Source: Malacoraja senta
Taxonomy: Eukaryota
DNA length: 64,000 nucleotides
NCBI GenBank assembly: GCA_038087875.1
Contig: CM075989.1
Location: forward strand, 6,200,001-6,264,000
Direction of reading: 5' to 3'
Shown here one piece after another: positions 12,766 through 24,744 of this stretch (position 1 is the first letter of the stretch; each line of letters opens with the position of its first letter). The translations under genes were made by a program, and so were the position numbers. The notes under the pieces were generated by a model. It did not search any database and was not told the DNA's origin. It saw only the letters and a list, made by a program, of their open reading frames with translations.

Positions 12766-13244
12766 TTGAACAGTCCTTTCATTTGCTCGTGTACGGTCCT
12801 AATATGTTGCGGACCTTGAATTTAATTGCATTTCCTCTGGAACTGTAATGTTCTAACGCATCCGCACTGCATGCTTGTATTTTCTCTTTGCACCACCTGG
12901 TGTACTTGCGCAGGGCTCGATTATACATGTGCAACATGATTGGACTGAGGTAGCGCACAAGCAAAATTTTCAATGTATCTCGGTACACGTAATTAACAAA
13001 TACCGATCCTCACGTTACGTTTGTCTGGGAAACTAAAACGCCCCCATAACAGAACTCACTATTTCCACCTAGAAAGTTAAACATGGAATATTTAACATGG
13101 AATAAAGTTTGCACATACAGAATTTTGTTGAAAAAAAAGAAACATGATTATTTTTCCAACATGCATCGCTTGACGCATTTGCAGACGTGCAGCTTGGTGT
13201 TATGGAAAATCACAATGCAGACCATTTAGCAGTAATGCAACTAA

Positions 13245-13440
13245 TGGGCCTCTCCCACTTAAGCGATTTTTTTGGGCGGCTACAGGCGATTGCCGCAAAA
13301 TTTTCAACATGTTGAAAAATTTTCGGCAACTGTGGCGACACTTTTTGCTGTCGTAGGTTGTCGCCAGGTGTCGTAGGTGAATTCCATTAAACCTAGTCCC
13401 TGGCAGTCGCCTAAAGAGTCGCCTAAGTGGGACAGGCCCT
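13245..13440. mobile_element. PIF/Harbinger-type MITE
   Basis: TIRs with TAA/TAA TSD; central palindrome at about 13300. Confidence 0.85.
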
Positions 13441-13497
13441 TAAAGGTATCACTTGTAGATCAATTGATTAAAAATTGCTACAAATATAGATGTTACT

Positions 13498-13780
13498 TTA
13501 GTTTTGAGATACATCAGGGAAACAGACACTTTGGCCCACTGAGTCTGTGTCGACTGGCGATCACCCATACACTAGCACCATCCTACACACTTGGGACAAT
13601 TTATTGAGGCCAATTAACCTACAAACCTATACATCTTTGCAATGTGGGAGGAAACCAGAGCACCCGGAGAAAACCCACGTGGTCACGGGGAGAATGTACA
13701 ACCACCGTACAGACAGCTCCCTTACTCAGGATTGAACCTGGGTCTCTGGCACTGCAAGGCAGCAACTCCAGTGTGCTGCC
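13498..13780 (-). mobile_element. HE1-like V-SINE (diverged)
   Basis: Core and tail similarity. Confidence 0.8.
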
Positions 13781-14409
13781 TGTAAAAACTATTATCTTTT
13801 ATGATTTGGGGGGGGGGGGGATATGAAAAACTAGATGATTATTAATCGCCCAGCAGGTCCTTTGTGTCTGACGAAGGGTCTCAACCCGAAACGTCACCTA
13901 TTCCTTTTCTCCAGAGATGCTGTCTGACCTGCTGAGTTACTCCAGAATTTTGTGTCTATCTTCGGCCCTTTGCTCCATTCAATATACAGCTGTACATCTA
14001 ATAAATTCAACAGACTGGACCTTGTGTCAAGGCTGCCCTGCATTCTATGAGACTCCACAAGATGACTACTGGACCCCTCCAGATTTATCCCAATATTCCA
14101 AACAAGTACTTGCTAATAGCATCGTAATGCCTTCCCAATGATGCTCGTGACATTGTTTATGAGGACCAGACATGCCCTGACAAAGATTTGAATTGGAGCA
14201 ATATTAATTTCAGATGCCTGAAGGGCGATATTGCAAAATATTTCTTGATGCGTGGGTAATATTAGAACTCAGCAATCGCTGCGCTTGTTAGACAAACACT
14301 TGGAAAAATGTGATCTCAATTAAGCACTTCACATGGTGCACCCATCTCATATCAAAGAGAGCCAGCTGTGTAATATGGTTTTCATAAGCAGCCAACTTTT
14401 TGAACTCAC

Positions 14410-14512
14410 CTGCAGACATTGTTGGAAAGCTGAGCTATGATTTCCGTCATTCTGTTCTTTTATCATTGCCTTCTGAACCCAGTCTGAAACGTTCAACTTT
14501 CTGATACTGATC
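14410..14512 (-). CDS. Candidate 103-bp exon of an unidentified host gene
   Basis: Minus strand: cccacctctgttttctgaaAG|GATCAG...CTGCAG|GTGAGT. One frame is fully open (ISIRKLNVSDWVQKAMIKEQNDGNHSSAFQQCLQ); another reads DQYQKVERFRLGSEGNDKRTE*. No homology recognised. Confidence 0.35.
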
Positions 14513-14639
14513 CTTTCAGAAAACAGAGGTGGGGGTTGTCCAGGCTTGTGGTACACACAAACCAACAGTCTGATTGTAAATTGAGCAAGTATATATATTT
14601 TGTTGTTCAGTTTAGTTTCATTTATAGTCAAGTGTACCG

Positions 14640-15497
14640 AGGTGAGTGGGCAAATGTTTGGCAGATGCAGTATAATGTGGATAAATGTGAGGTTATCCAT
14701 TTTGGTGGCAAAAACAGGAAAGCAGACCATTATCTAAATGGTGGCCGACTAGGAAAAGGGGAGATGCAGCGAGACCTGGGTGTCATGGTACACCAGTCAT
14801 TGAAAGTAGGCATGCAGGTGCAGCAGGCAGTGAAGAAAGCGAATGGTATGTTAGCTTTCATAGCAAAAGGATTTGAGTATGGGAGCAGGGAGGTTCTACT
14901 GCAGTTGTACAGGGTCTTGGTGAGACCACACCTGGAGTATTGCGTACAGTTTTGGTCTCCAAATCTGAGGAAGGACATTATTGCCATAGAGGGAGTGCAG
15001 AGAAGGTTCACCAGACTGATTCCTGGGATGTCAGGACTGTCTTATGAGGAAAGACTGGATAGACTTGGTTTATACTCTCTAGAATTTAGGAGATTGAGAG
15101 GGGATCTTATAGAAACTTACAAAATTCTTAAGGGGTTGGACAGGCTAGATGCAGGAAGATTGCTCCCGATGTTGGGGAAGTCCAGGACAAGGGGTCACAG
15201 CTTAAGGATAAGGGAGAAATCCTTTAAAACCGAGATGAGAAGAACTTTTTCACACAGAGAGTGGTGAATCTCTGGAACTCTCTGCCACAGAGGGTAGTCG
15301 AGGCCAGTTCATTGGCTATATTTAAGAGGGAGTTAGATGTGGCCCTTGTGGCTAAAGGGATCAGAGGGTATGGAGAGAAGGCAGGTACGGGATACTGAGT
15401 TGGATGATCAGCCATGATCATATTGAATGGCGGTGCAGGCTCGAAGGGCCGAATGGCCTACTCCTGCACCTAATTTCTATGTTTCTATGTTTCTATG
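14640..15497 (+). mobile_element. CR1 LINE 3' part (RT C-terminus, 5'-truncated)
   Basis: EWANVWQMQYNVDKCEVIHFG...RDLGV...LVRPHLEYCVQFWSP...; (TTTCTATG)n tail. Confidence 0.95.
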
Positions 15498-15585
15498 TGA
15501 TGAACTGAAGCTGATATTATCTTGCCAACACCTAACAGGCCTGGACCATCTGGTCCCTATCTCAACCTGCTCTGACTGTATTCAA

Positions 15586-15838
15586 TGTGTAAGAAGGAAC
15601 TGCAGATGCTGGTTTAAATCGAAGATCGACACAAAATGCTGGAGTAACTCAGCGGGACAGGTAGCGTCTCTGGAGAGAAGGAATGGGTGACCTTTCGGGT
15701 CGAGACCATTCTTCAGACTCTCGAGTCTTCAGTCTCAGACTTTGGGTCTGAAGAAGGGCCTCGACCCGAAACGTCACCCATTCCTTCTCTCCAGAGATGC
15801 TGCCTGTCCCGCTGAGTTACTCCAGCATTTTGTGTCGA
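15586..15838. mobile_element. Head-to-head inverted pair of Penelope hammerhead modules
   Basis: 15625-15717 is the near-perfect reverse complement of 15746-15838. Confidence 0.85.
15743..15780 (+). ncRNA. Type I minimal hammerhead ribozyme motif
   Basis: Stem I UGGGU/ACCCA, CUGAAGA-A, stem II GGG/CCC, GAAA-C-GUC; predicted cleavage after C15775. Confidence 0.7.
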
Positions 15839-16299
15839 TTTCCAACTTGCTTCACCTCATGCAATGCAGAAATCAGGGTTATACCACAGACAGGAGGATG
15901 AAGTGATTCCATTTTGTGAGTGCCGTCCATGACTCCTGAAGAAAGGCTTGTGTGCTTGAGTGAGGAGAGCATTCAACTGCGATGGTACTGAGTAATTAGC
16001 ATCCTAGTGTTTGTGGGTTATGCCAACATATCAGGAGCCCACTCTTGGGCATTATATCATGACCATTGGCACCAGTTAGCCCTTCAAGAATGGGCTGAGA
16101 AAACATGGGGCAAGAGTACGTGTTGTTAATTAGTTTAGTTTATAGTCCCTTGTACCAAAGTTGAGTGAAAACATTTTGTTACGTGCTAACCTTTAAGGTA
16201 GCTCTTCTTCTCCAAGAATCCTTTTTTGCTTGTGTCCACCCTCCGCCACCTCCAGTTTAAATTCCATTTGGAATATTTTGGAGGACAAAGAAACAAGAA

Positions 16300-16700
16300 C
16301 CAAGAACCAGTCAGCGGAAAGACAACACATGATTACAAACGAGCCGTCCACATACACGATACAGGGAATAACGTGAATAACGTTTAGTGCAAGGTAAAGC
16401 CCGTAAAGTCCGTCAAACATAGTCCAAGGGTCTCCAATGAGGTAGATAGTAGTTCAGGACCGCTCTCGAGTTGTTGATAGGATGATTCAGTTGCTGGGAA
16501 GAAACTGTTTCTGAATCTGGAGGTGTGCGTTTTCACACTTCTGTACCGCCTGCATGAGGGGAGAGGGGAGAAGAAGGAGTGGCCCGGGTGAGACTTGTCC
16601 TTGATTGTGCTGCTGGCCTTGCCGAGGCAGCGTGAGGTATAAATGGAGTCAGTGGAAGGGAGGTTGGATTGTTTGATGGGCTGGGCTGCGTCCACAGTTT
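16300..16700 (-). mobile_element. Rex1/Babar-type LINE 3' fragment
   Basis: LPSTDSIYTSRCLGKASSTIKDKSHPGHSFFSPLPSCRRYRSVKTHTSRFRNSFFP. Confidence 0.85.
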
Positions 16701-16754
16701 GGAAGTAAATGAGTGTTTCTATGGGAGTGGAATAAATTCACCATGACAGGTAAT

Positions 16755-17083
16755 GTATGTGTGTGTGTTCACATACATGTACACACACACATGTGCACAC
16801 ACATACATACACACACATACACACTCACACACACACATACACACACACATACATACACACACACACACACTCAAACACACATACACACACTCTCTCAAAC
16901 ACACTCTCTCAAGCACACATTCACACACTCACTCACACACACACTCATTCTCAAATACACACACACTCACAAACACACACTCACATACACACACTCTCAA
17001 ACACACACTATCAAGCACACATTCACACACTCACTCACACACACTCATGCACACTCACAAATACACACACTCAAACACACACT

Positions 17084-17114
<31 letters not shown>

Positions 17115-17405
17115 ACACACTCTCAAACACATACACACACACACAAACACACACACTCACATACACACACACTCACATACACACACACTCTCAAACACAC
17201 ACACACACACAAACACACACACTCACATACACACACACTCACATACACACACACTCTCAAACACACACTCACATACACACACACTCACAAATACACACTC
17301 TCAAACACACACTCACATACACACACACACACACACAAACACACACACTCACATACACACACACTCTCAAACACACACACACAAACACACTCCCACAGAC
17401 ACGCG
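16755..17405. repeat. Interrupted (CA)n microsatellite with short higher-order units
   Basis: Directly visible. Confidence 0.97.
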
Positions 17406-18199
17406 AGTGTGTGCATCTTTGTGCAATAAAGGAAACACCATTGAAAGTCGGGGAGACGTTTGTCTTTGATCATTGACAACAGACAAGTGTGAGAGTATCG
17501 ACTACATCCAAACATTTGGTTCCATTAAACATTGGGAAGCTGAACTGAAACCAGTGCCAGGTAAACTAGTCCATGTGTACAACCAAGTCTCACAGACAAA
17601 TTTCTTCAAAAGGGTTTTAGAAATCTCAGCTCTTGATTAGCTCCCATTCTGCTGACTCATCATTAGAATCCCGGAAAATATGTTTTTTCTTGAAATTATT
17701 ATCTAACTTCCTGTTATTGATTTGGTTTCAGTAAGCCTTTATTAAGAGCATTTCCATAGTCCAAGAACTCTTTATTTGAAATAAAAAGATTCTAATCATC
17801 TCCTTATGCCACAAGTGCTAATCCAGAGTTTGTGTAGGAAGGAACTGCAGATGCTGGTTTAAACCGAAGATAGACACAAAAAATGCTGGAGTAACTCAGC
17901 GGGACAGGTAGCATCTCTGGAGAGAAGGAATGGGTGACGTTTTGGGTCGAGAGCCTTCTTCAGACATCAGTCACCCATTCCTTCTCTCCAGTTTCTCCTG
18001 AATCAACAAATTTCGTCCCTTCTCAGAACTGGTGGGGATGTTGCCGCCACTGAAGGAGCTCCTCTCAAACATTGTTTGTCCAAAGGCAACAACCCCATCC
18101 CGGGCGTCAAGAGTCAAGAGCATTTAATTATCATATGGGCCGACAACAGAACAATGAAATTCTTACTTGCAGCAGTAAGTAAGGAGTGGCCCCGATGGG

Positions 18200-18835
18200 G
18201 AAGCATGGTGGCATAGTGGTAGAGTTGCTGCCTTACAGAGCCAGAGACCCAGGTTTAATCCTAACTTAGGGTGTTGTCTATACGGAGTTTGGACGTTCTC
18301 CCCGTGACCTGCGTGGGTTTACTCCGGTGTCCTCCCACACTCCAAAGACGTGCAGGTTTGTAGGTTAATTGGCTTCAGTAAAATTGCAAGTTGTCCCTGG
18401 TGTGTGTAGGATAGTGTTATGGGCCTGCTCCACTTAAGCGATTTTTTAGGCAACTACAGGTGACTAGTTTGTCGCCACATGTTCGCCGGTGGACGCCGGG
18501 AGTCGTCTCCTCAGTCGTGCAAAATGTCGTAGCGTCTTTCTGGTCGCCGCTAAATTTTCAACATGTTGAATTTTTTTTTGCCAACAGTGGGTTTGACGCC
18601 AATGAGCGTAGCTTGACTTCTCCTGATGTAGGCGCCGTCGTAGGTTGTCGCCAGGATGACGCAGGTTGTTTCCGGTTTTTCGGCGACCTGCTACGACTAT
18701 GACAGTCGCCGGCTGTTGCCTAAAAAATCGGCAAGTGGGACAGGCCCATTAGCGTGTTGGGATCACTGGTCGGTGCGGACTCGGTGGGCCGAAGGGACTG
18801 CTTCCGCGCTGTATCTCTAAACTAAACTAAACTGA
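18200..18835 (+). mobile_element. HE1-like V-SINE split by a MITE
   Basis: gatagtgTTA|MITE|TTAgcgtgttgggatc. Confidence 0.88.
18420..18748. mobile_element. PIF/Harbinger-type MITE
   Basis: TGGGCCTG...CAGGCCCA with a TTA/TTA TSD, confirmed by the host SINE consensus. Confidence 0.88.
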
Positions 18836-19420
18836 GCAGCATAACAGGTCCGTAAACACACTACATGCAGATAATATGTAAAATAACAAAATCTAAATGA
18901 ACAACCACAATACTAGTGAAAAAAATACAGGTCCATAGTGTAACCAAGGACATCGCTACTTCATAGTTGAGGTGAGTGTTGTGTGGTGTTCAAGAGCCTG
19001 ATGTTGTTGTGAAGAAGCAGTCTCCGTTGTCACAACTGAGGCTTTGCCCAGCATTAGTCCCCCAATCTACATGCAGTGACTCAGCCCATGACAAACCGCA
19101 CTCGGAACCCAGCTGTATGGACTCTTCAGCCTGAAGAAGGGTCCCGTCCCGAAACGTCAACTGTCCATGTTCTCCAGGGATGGTGCTTCACCCACTGAGT
19201 TACTCCAGCATTGTGTGTCTTTCCTTGGTAAACCAACACCTGCAGTTCCTTGTTTCTACATACTGGATATTTTCATGGTCTGCTTATTCTTGAATATTGT
19301 GTCTGGCGTTTTGAAAGAGCTATTGGCGTATTTCTGAATCTATCCACATGAGACATCAAGACCTAGCAACTAAACAGTCCTTTTGATCCATGTTTATTAT
19401 ATATATATATATATATATAC

Positions 19421-19460
19421 ATGGGTCTGAAGAAGGGTTCCGACCTGAAACATCACCCAT
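19421..19460 (+). ncRNA. Type I minimal hammerhead ribozyme motif (module extends to about 19556)
   Basis: Stem I AUGGGU/ACCCAU, CUGAAGA-A, stem II GGGU/ACCU, GAAA-C-AUC. Confidence 0.65.
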
Positions 19461-19619
19461 CCTTTTTCTCCAGAGATGCTGCCTGACCCGCTGAGTTACT
19501 CCAGCACTTTGTGTCTATGTTTGTTAGAAGCCAGCATCTGCAGTTCCTTTCTACACAATCCAAGTATATGTTGCTCAACAGAAGCCTAATCCCATTCCCC
19601 CACATCCCTCCATGTCCTT

Positions 19620-19945
19620 TAGTCATAGACCCATAGAGTCATATAGTGTGGTAGCAGGCCCTTCAGCCCAACTTGCCCATGCCGACCAATATGCCCCATC
19701 GAAACTAGTCCAGCCTGCTTTTGGCCCATATCCCTCTAAACCTACCCTATTCATGTACCTGTCTAAATGTTTCTTAATCATTGTGATAGTACCTGCCATC
19801 AACTACCTCGTTCCATACATCCACCACCCTTTGTGTAAAAAAAGTTCGATCCCATTAAATCTTTCCCCCCCTCAACTTAAACCTGTGTCCTCTGGTTCTC
19901 GATTCCCCTACTCTGGGCAAGAGACCGTGCCTTTACCCGATCTTT
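19620..19945 (-). mobile_element. HER1-like CR1 LINE 3' end
   Basis: Tail gggctgaagggcctg..(tatgact)n shared with the HE1 SINEs. Confidence 0.75.
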
Positions 19946-20469
19946 AAAGAACTGCTTGGAATGGGAATACAGAGTTAAATTTCATAGGGACATAATTTTC
20001 ATGTCCTGTTGTAAATCAGTTCAAAATGGAAACAGCTGCTGGGAGTTTCAGTGGAAGAGTAATGTGCGAAAAGCACTGAAGCTCCAGGGGACTGCTCCAG
20101 GCCTGCATTCTAATTCTATGCTCCCGCTCCAAGTGCAGCTGCAAGCTTCAGGCTGGTGCTGCACCGATATTGACACCTATGTGAGATTTAAAGGGGCCAT
20201 GGACAATTTCAAGACGTTGCAATGGAATATGGTTTTGTTAGGTTATAAAGGCATCACCACTGACTGCGCAGGAAGGTACTGCTGATACTAGTAGGTTTAC
20301 ACCGAAAGTAGACACAAATTGCTGGAGTAACTCAGCGAGTCAGGCAGCATCTCAGGAGAGGAATAGGTGACGATTCAGGTCACGATTCTTTAGACTGAGA
20401 GTCAGAGAACTAGAGGTATCAACCAACACTGGGTGTTATTCTTTAAATCAGGCAGCATCTATAGAGAAA

Positions 20470-20755
20470 AGGGCGCACGATGGCGCAGCCGGCGACTGTC
20501 TAACAGCGCCAGAGACCCGGGTTCGATCCTGACTACGGGTGGTTGTCTGTACATTCCCCCCTTGTGTAGATTTTCCCTGGGAGGTTTCCTCCCACACTCC
20601 AAAGACGTACAGGTTTTGTAGGTTAATTGGCTTGGTAAAATTGTAAATTGGCCCTAGTACATGTAGGATAGTGTTGGTGTGCAGGGATCATTGGTCGGCT
20701 TGGACTCGGTGGGCCGAATGGCCTGTTCCATGCTGTATCTCCAAACGAAACTATA
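20470..20755 (+). mobile_element. HE1-like V-SINE flanked by Penelope modules
   Basis: B box, core and tail. Confidence 0.8.
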
Positions 20756-21059
20756 AAGGAATAGGTGACATTTTGACTCGGGACCTTTCTTCAGACTGAG
20801 AGTCAGGAGAGTGGGAAACTCCAGGAATGCAAAGGTACTGAACAAATCAGATCGATAAACATCATGATGGGTCATCAGTGCTGACCCTGTAATCTTCTCA
20901 ACCTTTTCATACTTCTAGTTCCCCTCTCCTGTGAGTCTGAAGAAGGGTCCCGACCCGAACCGTCACCCTCTCCTTTTCTCCAGAGATGCTGCCTGACCCG
21001 CTGAGTTACTCCAGCATTTTGTGTCTATCTTTCATGACTGACTGATCAGCTTTGGTTAA

Positions 21060-21362
21060 AGGCGGCACGGTGGCCCAGCGGTAGAGTTGCTGCCTTACAG
21101 CACTGGCAGCGCCAGAGACCCAGGTTCGATCCTGACTACGGGTGCTGTCTGTACGGAGTTTGTACCTGCGTGGGTTTTCTCCGAGATCTTCGGTTTCCTC
21201 CCACACTCCAAAGACGTACAGGTATGTAGGTAAATTGACTTGGTAAATGCAAAAATTGTCCCCAGTGTGTGTAGGATAGTGTTAATATGGTCGGCGGGGA
21301 CTCGGTGGGCTGAAGGGCCTGTTTCCGTGCTGTATCTCTCAACTAAACTAAACTAAACTAAA
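21060..21362 (+). mobile_element. HE1-like V-SINE
   Basis: Full length with (TAAAC)n. Confidence 0.9.
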
Positions 21363-21619
21363 AAGGGTGTGATGGTTAACAGATGGTGGGATGGGATTTA
21401 TGTTACCAACAACCAATCCAAGAGAGCTGGGTAAATATCTGGAGACACGGTTGTGGAGGAATAGAACTCAGCGGGTTTACTGGAGACATAACAAGATGCT
21501 GTTATCATGAGCAATACACAAAGTGCTGGAGTAACTCAGCGGGTCGGGCAGCATTTGTGGAGGGGATGGACAGGCGAATGTTTCGAGTCAGGAATTTTGT
21601 TTAGTTTAATTTATAGTTA

Positions 21620-22202
21620 AAGGCCTGTCTCACGAGTCTGCGGTCATTGGCGGCGAAACAGGAAGAATCTACTGCTCCTGGGCCGCCATAGACCACGCAC
21701 TCGGTCAAACGCACAATTCCGGGGCCGTGCGGCGTTGTTCCCAACACCGCACGGTGCTAAAATAAAACCAACACCGTTCAAAAATATGTTCCTACCGCAC
21801 AGCCGCCGCCAGTGAGGCACGAGTGCAGCACGGCCGCCGCCACAGCCGCCGCCAGTGTGGCACGAGCGCCGTGCGTCGAACTTGCCCCGCCACAGCCTCC
21901 GCCAGTGAGGCACGTGTACGGCACGGCTGCTGGCACAGCCACCGCCACAGCGCCGCGATCAGCACAGCCGCCGCCACAGCCCCGCAGATCCAAAATGACG
22001 TCATCGCAATCGGCCCGCTCTTTTTTTTAACTTACCGCAAGCTCGTGGGACCAGCCGTACTTAGATCACTCGGCACCCGCGCAGCACCCGTGCGGCGCTC
22101 CCCTGGCATAGGCTCGGCGCTCTCGCCGTTGCCGTGCGGTCCCCTCTACAGGCGAAGCCGCGCTTCACCGCCGATGACCGCAACACCGTGAGACAGAGCC
22201 TT
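21620..22202. mobile_element. GC-rich PIF/Harbinger-type MITE inserted in an HE1 tail
   Basis: AAGGCCTGTCTCACG...CGTGAGACAGAGCCTT; internal gccgccgccagtgaggcacg repeats; the HE1 resumes at 22203-22475 (-). Confidence 0.75.
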
Positions 22203-23109
22203 TACAGCGTGGAAACAGGCCCTTAAGTGCATGGAGTCCACTGCGACCAGCAATCCCCCATACACTAGTTCTATCCTACACACTAGGGACAATTTTCAGG
22301 AACCAATTAACCTACAAACCTGCAGGTCTTTGGAATGTGGGAGGAAACTGGAGCACCCGGGGAAAAGCCACGCGGTCACAGGAAGAATGTACAGACTCCA
22401 TACAGACAGCATCCATAGACAGGATCGAACCTGGGTCACTGGCGCAGTGAGATAGCAACTCTGAGCCGCCCCTCTGCCATTTGGTATCTTTACCCAGTCT
22501 GGCCGCATATCAGTTTGGTTTAGTTTACTGTCACGTGTACCGAGGTACGGTGAAAAGCTTTTTGTTGCCTGCTAACCAGTCAGCAGAAAGACAATACATG
22601 ATTACAATGGAGCCGTTTACAGTTTATAGATACATGATAAGAGAATAACGTTTAGTGCAAGGAAAAGCCAGCAAAGTCCGACCAAGGATAGTCCGATGGT
22701 CATCAAAGTAGTTCAGCTATGACTTCAGACCCATCTACACAGTTGGCTGTTATCTGCCCTAAGAAATGGTTGAGCATCTCATTGACCTCATGGACAGCTA
22801 GGGAAATGAAATAAATGCTAGCCTTGGAAGCCACTACGCAGGACAAGAGGATTTTTCCCATCGATGAAAAATAAAAGAGTTATTAGTGTTTAAAAAATGT
22901 TGAGATTTTCTCTCTCCTGAAGGCCACGCGCCTTCCGGAGGGACTATAAAACCCGGAAGTGTTGAGTGCCTCAGTCAGTCTCTGCAAGATGGGGGAGCGA
23001 GAGGGTCACGTCTCTCAGTCTGAGCTGGGAATAACACTGAACACATGTCTACTAAACTGTGAGTGGTTTTACTGACCTGTCAGTGCCCTTAATGTGGTTT
23101 GAAAATACA

Positions 23110-23293
23110 GTTTGGAAATGCTAAAGCTGTGTTGCCTTTGGTTTGGAAATGCTAAAGCTGTGTTGCCTTTGGTTTCGAAATGCTAAAGCCGTGTTGCCTA
23201 ATTAAAGTTGCCTTGCCTAATTAAAGTTGCCTTGCCTAATTAAAGTTGCCTTGCCTAATGAAAGTTGCCCTGCCTAATTAAAGTTGCCTTGCC
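23110..23293. repeat. Minisatellites: 31-bp x3 then 19-bp x5
   Basis: gtttggaaatgctaaagctgtgttgcctttg; taattaaagttgccttgcc. Confidence 0.92.
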
Positions 23294-23622
23294 TTCTATA
23301 TAATTAAAAGTCTAATCTTGACCACTTCCTGTTTGCGCTTTATATTGATTTTACAAAAAACGCTACCACATACGGCTATGATTTTTGGCCATCTTTCTCA
23401 GAGCCCCCCTCCGCTCATCAGGTGCCGAGGATTTTTCCCATCGATGAAAAATAAAAGAGTTATTAGTGTTTTAAAAATGTTGAGATTCTCTCTCCTGTCA
23501 ATCACGCCATGAAGGCCACGCCCCTTCTGGTGGGAGGGGGGGGGGACTATGAAACCCAGAAGTGTGGGCGTGGCTCAGTCACTGCAAGATGTAGGAGGGA
23601 GAGGTCACAACTCGCTGTCTTT

Positions 23623-23748
23623 AGTGGCCTTGCACCCTGCTTGAAATGGTATGAAACTGCACTTGAATTTGGTGGCCTTGCACCCTGCTTGAAGTGGTAA
23701 GAAACTGCACTTGAATTTGGTGGCCTTGCATCCTGCTTGAAATGGTAT
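23623..23748. repeat. 48-bp tandem repeat x2.5
   Basis: gtggccttgcaccctgcttgaaatggtatgaaactgcacttgaatttg. Confidence 0.9.
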
Positions 23749-24287
23749 TTCAAGGAATAGCCGTGAGTCAACTGCCAGCTCACCAGCCGTGAGTGAGTGA
23801 GCTGCCAGCACAACAGGCTTGAGTGACTGAGCCGCCAGCCGAAGAATCCATTCGGCCCACAGTGTCTATACTAGCCCTCTGGAAACCAGTACCTTCAGCC
23901 CACAACACCCATGCTAGCGCTCCAGAACCCCCCCCCCTCACTGGCCACCAATATTGGAATTGGTGGAGAGGTGGAATATTGTGTTGGGAGACCAGCCCTC
24001 CTGTGTGAACATGGGACCCAACGGGTCCCACTTAGTCTAGTCTATGGGATGATTGCTGGTTGGCACGGACCCGGTGGGCCAAAGGGTCTGTTTCCACACT
24101 GTCTGTTTAAACTAAGCTAACCTAAACCATTGAAACATCCCTGCTACCCACACCAGTCCAGGCATCAGCACCATGCCTAAAGAAGGCTCACATCTCCACC
24201 CACAGATGTAAACATTTATTTGGTTCGCTTATGGGCTAAAAATAATCTTTCAACTAGCCTGTATGTGCTTGTAGACCCAATAATGTA

Positions 24288-24600
24288 GACTTTAGACTTG
24301 TCTTTAGATATACTGCATGGAACAGGCCCTTCGGCCCACCGAGTCCGTACCGACCATGACCACCCCATCCACCGGCACTATCCTACACACTAGGGACAAA
24401 GTAAAAATGTTACCGAAGCCAATTAACCCACAAACCTGTACTTCTATAGAGTGTGGGAGGAAACCGGAGCACCCGGAGAAAACCCACGCGGTCACAGGGA
24501 AAACGTACAAACTCCACACAGACAGGATCTTTGATCAGGATCGAACCCAGGTCTCTGGCGCTGTGAGGCAGCATCTCTACTGCTGCGCCACCGTGCCGGC
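24288..24600 (-). mobile_element. HE1-like V-SINE
   Basis: Full head, core and tail. Confidence 0.88.
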
Positions 24601-24744
24601 CCTGTAGTTAACTCAAATCTACCTGTTCAATTCAGGGGCAATTTGGGATGAACAACAAATCTTGGCATTGCCAGTCGTACCCATCTTATCGGGCGGCATC
24701 TCTTCCCCCCATTAAAACCAGGAATAACGGCAGTAAGAGACATT

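Larger units (their letters stand above)
22845..24040 (+). mobile_element. Non-autonomous Helitron (partial unit plus a complete unit at 23295-24040)
   Basis: 5' TCTATATAATTAAAA at 23295; 3' hairpin TGGGACCC-AAC-GGGTCCCA (24012-24030) then CTAG|T; 22846-22915 is duplicated at 23426-23495. Confidence 0.78.

Noticed and set aside
14536..15267. 243-aa ORF as a host gene
   Set aside because: 5'-truncated CR1 RT tail with a downstream frameshift; multiple paralogous fragments in the window.
16713..17476. His/Thr-rich ORFs (also 26499-27361)
   Set aside because: (CA)n/(TG)n translation artefacts.
21060..21140. A/B-box sequences as tRNA genes
   Set aside because: They are SINE heads continuing into the V-SINE core; no complete cloverleaf.
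23110..23750. Regular direct repeats as a CRISPR-like array
   Set aside because: Head-to-tail minisatellites without unique spacers, in eukaryotic context, with no cas genes.
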